Source of the DNA: a virus
Reading direction: 5' to 3' (one strand)
UHGV virus genome: UHGV-0114450
DNA length: 37,666 nt
Part shown: positions 33,257-37,666 of the stretch, piece by piece
Layout of the letters: every line of letters starts with the position of its first letter
How positions within the stretch are numbered: position 1 is the stretch's first letter
Program-made: the position numbers and the translations under genes
The notes under the pieces: generated by a model
Seen by the model: only the letters and a program-made list of their open reading frames with translations
The model's database searches: none
What the model was told of the DNA's origin: nothing

Positions 33257-33637
33257 ATGTATAAACGTCTCAAAAAATTAAGGAACGAATTGGAAATGAC
33301 TCAACAAGAATTTGCTGATGTGTTAGGAACAGCACGAGGAAACATTAGTGCTTATGAAGTAGGAAAAAATGCACCCAGTGATGCCGTTATCTCTCTTATA
33401 TGTAAAACAGACTTTCCCAAAGGAAGAGTCAATGAGACCTGGCTGCGCACCGGTGAAGGAGAAATGTTTATTGAAGCGTCCCGTGATGAACAGATCGCCG
33501 CTTTCGTCGGCGGCATTCTAAAAGATGAAGAATACACTTTTAAGAAAAAGTTCATATCAATGCTGGCTGCGTTAGATGAATCCGACTGGGAATCCCTGCA
33601 GAAAATGGTTGAATTATTGCAAGAAAAAAAGGGCTGA
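33257..33637 (+). CDS. CI-like XRE repressor without S24 autoprotease domain
   Basis: HTH MTQQEFADVLGTARGNISAYEVG, WLRTGEGEMF and a short helical C-terminus. Divergent from the lytic operon. Confidence 0.9.
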   Translation: MYKRLKKLRNELEMTQQEFADVLGTARGNISAYEVGKNAPSDAVISLICKTDFPKGRVNETWLRTGEGEMFIEASRDEQIAAFVGGILKDEEYTFKKKFISMLAALDESDWESLQKMVELLQEKKG

Positions 33638-33650
33638 TTACCTCAGCCCC
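33624..33650 (-). terminator. Terminator of the 34-aa ORF, overlapping both stop codons
   Basis: GGGCTGA-GGTAA-TCAGCCC-TTTTTTT on the - strand. Confidence 0.7.
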
Positions 33651-33742
33651 AAGATCGCTTTGACATACGTAAAGATCAGGATTAATCTCCTATCATCGGC
33701 ATGATCAAGCATTTCAATTATAAGTTTCTTGTAATCATCCAT
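33638..33742 (-). CDS. 34-aa putative SOS-induced antirepressor peptide (not in ORF track)
   Basis: MDDYKKLIIEMLDHADDRRLILIFTYVKAILGLR. Has a GGAGG RBS, its own promoter and a terminator, and is convergent on the repressor. Confidence 0.78.
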   Translation of the reverse strand: MDDYKKLIIEMLDHADDRRLILIFTYVKAILGLR

Positions 33743-33767
33743 AATATGTACCCTCCGATCTGGTATT

Positions 33768-33796
33768 ATTATACTAGAACGTTCGTTCGATTTCAA
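33768..33796 (-). promoter_or_regulatory. Promoter with a Firmicutes LexA (Cheo) box in the spacer
   Basis: TTGAAA-N17-TATAAT with CGAAC-GAAC-GTTCT at 33776-33789 (GAAC-N4-GTTC). Confidence 0.8.
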
Positions 33797-33901
33797 TATC
33801 TTTTCTCGAACAATTTGTTCTCTATATTAATATTACGGATCAAAAGGGTGAAAATTAGTAAATTTTGGAAATCGTCCGAAATCTCGGACACTTTTTGAAA
33901 A

Positions 33902-34096
33902 TCACTTATAAGGGCTGTCATATAAATCGTGCATCCGCACTTGCAAGCCCTTAGCGATCTGCTCCAATGTATCCAATCGCGGTATGCTTCCATTGCACAG
34001 ATCATTGAGCGTGGACTTCGGGATTCCGGTCAGAATTGATACCTGACGGAGCGAGAGGTTTTTTTGAAAGATGATGTCTGCTATTAATATTTTCAT
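33902..34096 (-). CDS. Small XRE/Cro-like HTH regulator
   Basis: LSLRQVSILTGIPKSTLNDL...PRLDTLEQIAKGL. Confidence 0.85.
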   Translation of the reverse strand: MKILIADIIFQKNLSLRQVSILTGIPKSTLNDLCNGSIPRLDTLEQIAKGLQVRMHDLYDSPYK

Positions 34097-34146
34097 GCGG
34101 ATATTATCTGCAAAGAGTAAAAAATTATTCTATTGGAGTGTAAAAA

Positions 34147-34503
34147 ATGAAATCCTTTTTTAAACAATTAGAACCCTGCAGCGGCGTTCAGGAAAGTGCC
34201 CTTCGAAAACTCGAATGCTGCGATCCACTTTTATTTTCATTTAATGCTGGACAGCAGGTCATTCAGATTTTCAATCTTGATCATCAACTTCTGGGCATTT
34301 GTCAACAAGACTTTGTTCCCATATTTTTAAGTTTATCCGCTCAAGATAGGCAATTCAGCTTTTCCGTTGAAGAAATCAAATACGAGCGAAATGCAGATGG
34401 ATTTATGGAACCAGAAATTTTACTTGATGTTGCGGCCTATGCTCCAGGGGAAGTAGAATCCGCCGTAGCGGATGTTGCACGACGTTTAAACCTAAAAGTG
34501 TAA
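34147..34503 (+). CDS. Hypothetical protein (possibly divergent HIRAN-like)
   Basis: GGAG RBS. IQIFNLDHQLLGIC weakly resembles a HIRAN strand pattern. Confidence 0.6.
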   Translation: MKSFFKQLEPCSGVQESALRKLECCDPLLFSFNAGQQVIQIFNLDHQLLGICQQDFVPIFLSLSAQDRQFSFSVEEIKYERNADGFMEPEILLDVAAYAPGEVESAVADVARRLNLKV

Positions 34504-34690
34504 TTTTTCGAATTTTTAAACGTATATATTTGGGATATTGTATCCAATTTAGATTTGAGGGGTGGTGCCTATGAATACGGATGAGTAAACTGCCTATACA
34601 AATGACTGCAATGAATTAAATGAACATTAGACTAATCATGTGATCTCCATGAAGGCGTAAGTTGAATTGAGAGCAGAAATGAGGAATTTT

Positions 34691-35701
34691 ATGGCTCGTC
34701 GTTATCACAAAAGCGTAAAGCTTGGATCAAATACCAAAATAAATTTTAACAAGAAAAGTATCAGTATTTCTACCGGCGGAAAAAAAGGACACGTGACCTC
34801 CAACCTTTTTAAAGGGACAGTAACCGCATCCTATAAAACGCCAATCAAAGGAGTTTCTTACAGCAAAACTTTTTCGACACACACCAAAGCTCCTAAGAAA
34901 ACCGCAAAAGCTTCAAAACACGATAAAGTTTCCGTTTCCCGGAACTCATCAAGCACAACTGTGATTCAACCAATTGCTGCACCCATGCCAAAGAAAAAAA
35001 CTCATCCGATCAAAGAACCCCCTGCGCAGAGGGAAAAAAATTATTCATCCAAAGAATATAGCGCTTATAGTAAAATCATCATTGGATGCGGCATTCTTAT
35101 AACGATAATGGGATCCCTCCTGCTTTTGGCCGGAATACCGATTCCTCTTATTCTTGGCATCGCGTTGATTATCATAGGAATACATTACCAGAAGAAAGCC
35201 GTTCTTTTCAAAGAGAAAGAACCATTCTTGATCAGCTGGCAGAATTTTTTGATTCCAGAAAGCGGCGACAAGCTCATTCTTTCAGAAAATGATCTGAAAG
35301 CCGCAACCGCCGAACAGGCCGCCAACGCGGTCCGAATTGCTCAGGACAGCTACGATATTGTAAAAGATACTACTTCTGTAGAAACTTTTTTCGGACGTTT
35401 TGATCTCTTAAATGAAAAACTTCAGGATCTTGTTTCTCTGGAGCAGTATCTCACCTTTGAGAAATCGCCCTCGGAGCTGTATGCAGAATTTCAATCCGAA
35501 TCTCAGCAGTTGATTCGAGATTTTATCTCACGAGCTTTTGCAAAGATCTACGATTCCGCCGCTGAACTAAAAACAGAGCGCGGAAGGAACAACCGTTATC
35601 AAAAGTTTTTTGATTCACTTCAAACCTATGATGCTTATCTGGATCAGGAAACAAAAGAATATATTACCAAAATGCAGAATGAACATATTGTGCAGAAATA
35701 A
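34691..35701 (+). CDS. DUF4236-domain membrane protein
   Basis: N-terminal RYHKSVKLG...INFNKKSISIS...PIKGVSY, two TM helices and a helical C-terminal domain. Confidence 0.8.
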   Translation: MARRYHKSVKLGSNTKINFNKKSISISTGGKKGHVTSNLFKGTVTASYKTPIKGVSYSKTFSTHTKAPKKTAKASKHDKVSVSRNSSSTTVIQPIAAPMPKKKTHPIKEPPAQREKNYSSKEYSAYSKIIIGCGILITIMGSLLLLAGIPIPLILGIALIIIGIHYQKKAVLFKEKEPFLISWQNFLIPESGDKLILSENDLKAATAEQAANAVRIAQDSYDIVKDTTSVETFFGRFDLLNEKLQDLVSLEQYLTFEKSPSELYAEFQSESQQLIRDFISRAFAKIYDSAAELKTERGRNNRYQKFFDSLQTYDAYLDQETKEYITKMQNEHIVQK

Positions 35702-35870
35702 AAAACCGCCCCGGTGCGCCAACACCAGGACGGCACAATCGATCATCCAGAAAATGGACCATCGCGCAGATACATAATACCATTTTCTGGACACCAGAAC
35801 AAGCGAAAAGTTTGTTTGGTGTTATTTTTGTACCTTTTTTAGGCGCAAATCATCACAAACACAAAGGAGG

Positions 35871-37109
35871 ATGGCTATTATGGCTGAAGGAGTTAGAAAA
35901 AGAGGAAAAACATGGTCGTACTATTTTGATACTGCAAAGATAAACGGCGAGAGAAAGAAAATTGAGAAAGGTGGTTTCCGGACGCAAAAAGAGGCTTTAG
36001 ATGCCCGCGCGGCCGCGATCGCGCAGTATAATAATGTTGGTCGAACATTCTCACCAAAAGAAATCAGTGTTTCCGATTATCTTGACTATTGGTTAGAGAC
36101 TGCAATCAAAAAGAATATTGATCACGGATACAGCTATAATACATACCGCGACTATGAATCCAAAATACGTTTACATTTAAAACCAGCGTTCGGCATGTAC
36201 AAATTAAGCAGCTTTCAGTATGCTCCGGACAAAGTTCAGGAATGGGTTGACAACATGAAATTAAAAGGCTTATCAAAGCGTATGATTCAAAATACTTTGA
36301 CCTGCCTGCAGGGCGCATTGAACTATGCGATTATACCGCTGAAATACATTCAGGCAAATCCATGCATTCCTGTTAGGGTAGGCAAAATGCCAATAGATCC
36401 AGATGCCAAAGCTCACGCAGAATATGTATGCCCTGTTGAAGAATTCGAACGAATCCTGCAGCGTTTTCCACCCGAAAACTATTTTCATCTTTCCCTGGTA
36501 GTTCCATACAACTGCGGAACCCGAATAAGCGAAACATTTGCAATTGACCTAAACGAAGACGTAGATTTCCAGAAACATGAACTGCATATCAGAGGACAGT
36601 GGCAAAAAAGGAATAAGACCTGGTACATAAAGCCACCAAAATATGACTCCTATCGTACAATCAAAATGGGAGAAACTCTGGAGCAGGCATTGAAGTACGG
36701 CATACATCAAAGAAAATTAAACAAATTGAAATATGGCGGCGCGTATTTGAACACTTATGTTATGCCGGATAATTCCATAACTCAAATCAGGGCAGATATC
36801 CAGGTTGCTTATAAGGAAATCACCCCTCTGTGTGTCAAGGATACTGGCGAACTACTTACGCCGGACTCTTTCAAGTATTGTGCCCGGGTTGTTCATTACG
36901 AGCTTGGCAATGTATTGTTTCACTCGCACTGTCTGCGGCATACGCATGGCACTATTCTGGCCGAGGCCGGTGTGAACCCCAAAACAGTTATGGAACGGCT
37001 GGGACATAAAGATATCACAACGACATTGCAGACATACACATTCAACACAGAGCTGATGCAGCAAACGGCAGTTGATGTATTCGAGAATGCGATTCACAAA
37101 AAAGCATAG
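35871..37109 (+). CDS. int: Tyrosine integrase with N-terminal arm-binding domain
   Basis: VRKRGKTWSYYF arm domain. Catalytic R (GTRISE), K (PPK), HCLRH, LGH and Y (QTY). Confidence 0.96.
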   Translation: MAIMAEGVRKRGKTWSYYFDTAKINGERKKIEKGGFRTQKEALDARAAAIAQYNNVGRTFSPKEISVSDYLDYWLETAIKKNIDHGYSYNTYRDYESKIRLHLKPAFGMYKLSSFQYAPDKVQEWVDNMKLKGLSKRMIQNTLTCLQGALNYAIIPLKYIQANPCIPVRVGKMPIDPDAKAHAEYVCPVEEFERILQRFPPENYFHLSLVVPYNCGTRISETFAIDLNEDVDFQKHELHIRGQWQKRNKTWYIKPPKYDSYRTIKMGETLEQALKYGIHQRKLNKLKYGGAYLNTYVMPDNSITQIRADIQVAYKEITPLCVKDTGELLTPDSFKYCARVVHYELGNVLFHSHCLRHTHGTILAEAGVNPKTVMERLGHKDITTTLQTYTFNTELMQQTAVDVFENAIHKKA

Positions 37110-37110
37110 T

Positions 37111-37160
37111 AAAAAAGCGGTTGAACATCTCATTTTAGTTCAGAGTGTTCAGCCGCTTTT
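37111..37160. terminator. Bidirectional terminator after the integrase
   Basis: AAAAGCGGTTGAACA...TGTTCAGCCGCTTTT. Confidence 0.7.
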
Positions 37161-37187
37161 CTTGAAAATCGGTCTATTTTATTTTTG

Positions 37188-37443
37188 TGGGTGGCAAATG
37201 GGTGGCAAATCGACTGAACTTCCGCATTTCAAGTCAGCAAACCCGCTTATTTCCTAGAAAGTAGACACACAGTTTCAACGTGCACCGTATATCACCATCA
37301 TATCATAAGCGTTCTTTTTTTATCTATCTAGTTCTATGATGATACCACAATCTGCACTTTCTTTCAATGTTTTGCATTTTAGTTATATTCGCTTCTATAC
37401 CCGTACGCAAAAAACGGTGGCAGATGGGTGGCAATGCCACCCA
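37188..37443. other. attP-like site with core homologous to the 3' end of rlmD/rumA
   Basis: 37247-37288 on the - strand reads TVHVETVCLLSRK*. Arm-type repeats TGGGTGGCAAA x2 (37188-37209) and GGTGGCA x2 plus an inverted copy (37415-37443). Confidence 0.85.
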
Positions 37444-37606
37444 TTCAAAAAATATATTGCATTGCTTCTATAATATACGTTATCATAACACATGGTCAGA
37501 ACATTGAAAAATGACCACAAAAAAAACAATTCTTTTCGCCGCGTAGCTGCGGCGTTTCTTTTTGCCCCCGGGAATCTCCCGGGGCTTTTTACGTTCTTTG
37601 AAACTC

Positions 37607-37638
37607 AAAAAACCCCAGGCATCCGAAGATACCCAGGG
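37607..37638 (-). terminator. Intrinsic terminator with UUCG loop, likely ending the lysis transcript if the ends join
   Basis: CCCTGGGTATC-TTCG-GATGCCTGGGG-TTTTTT. Confidence 0.7.
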
Positions 37639-37666
37639 CAAAGTGGCGTATAAATTGCATGTATGG

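Larger units (their letters stand above)
1..37666. mobile_element. Temperate siphophage genome, probably complete and in excised/circularly permuted form
   Basis: Lysogeny, replication, packaging, head, tail and lysis modules are all present in canonical order. No host housekeeping genes. attP-like site at 37188-37443. Confidence 0.93.

Noticed and set aside
33807..33821. Second LexA box CGAAC-AATTT-GTTCT
   Set aside because: Spacer is 5 nt rather than 4. At best a degenerate site.
37654..37660. AATTGCA shared with positions 1-7 as a terminal repeat
   Set aside because: Seven bases, not at the exact end. Compatible with chance.

Overview
The window is a ~37.7 kb temperate siphophage of a Clostridia host (Lachnospiraceae-like, inferred from protein families and style). 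It appears essentially complete. Almost all genes are on the - strand. From right to left they run: early/replication genes (antirepressor, ERF recombinase, SSB, replisome organizer, G39P-like loader, PAPS-reductase-like protein, C5 DNA methyltransferase), a RinA/ArpU-like late activator, a degenerate tRNA, terminase/portal/MuF/capsid, a long non-contractile tail (with a -1 frameshift chaperone), holin and endolysin. The right end holds the + strand lysogeny module (CI-like repressor, accessory genes, tyrosine integrase). It is followed by an attP-like site whose core encodes the 3' end of an rlmD/rumA-type gene and which has arm repeats on both sides, so this is probably the excised/circular form. 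The most interesting candidate system is a lysis-lysogeny switch built on a repressor with no autoprotease domain. Two tiny ORFs absent from the ORF track resemble the repressor's C-terminal oligomerisation helices: one sits under a LexA-boxed promoter and the other sits in the Cro position (SinI/SinR-like logic). Also notable are a repeated antisense-sRNA architecture upstream of the integrase and of a HEXXH moron, a structured late leader with an anticodon-deleted tRNA plus several terminators inside the late operon, a MuF protein with a swapped zincin C-terminus, and tandem pseudoknots before the scaffold gene. All family assignments come from motif recognition by eye; no searches were run.
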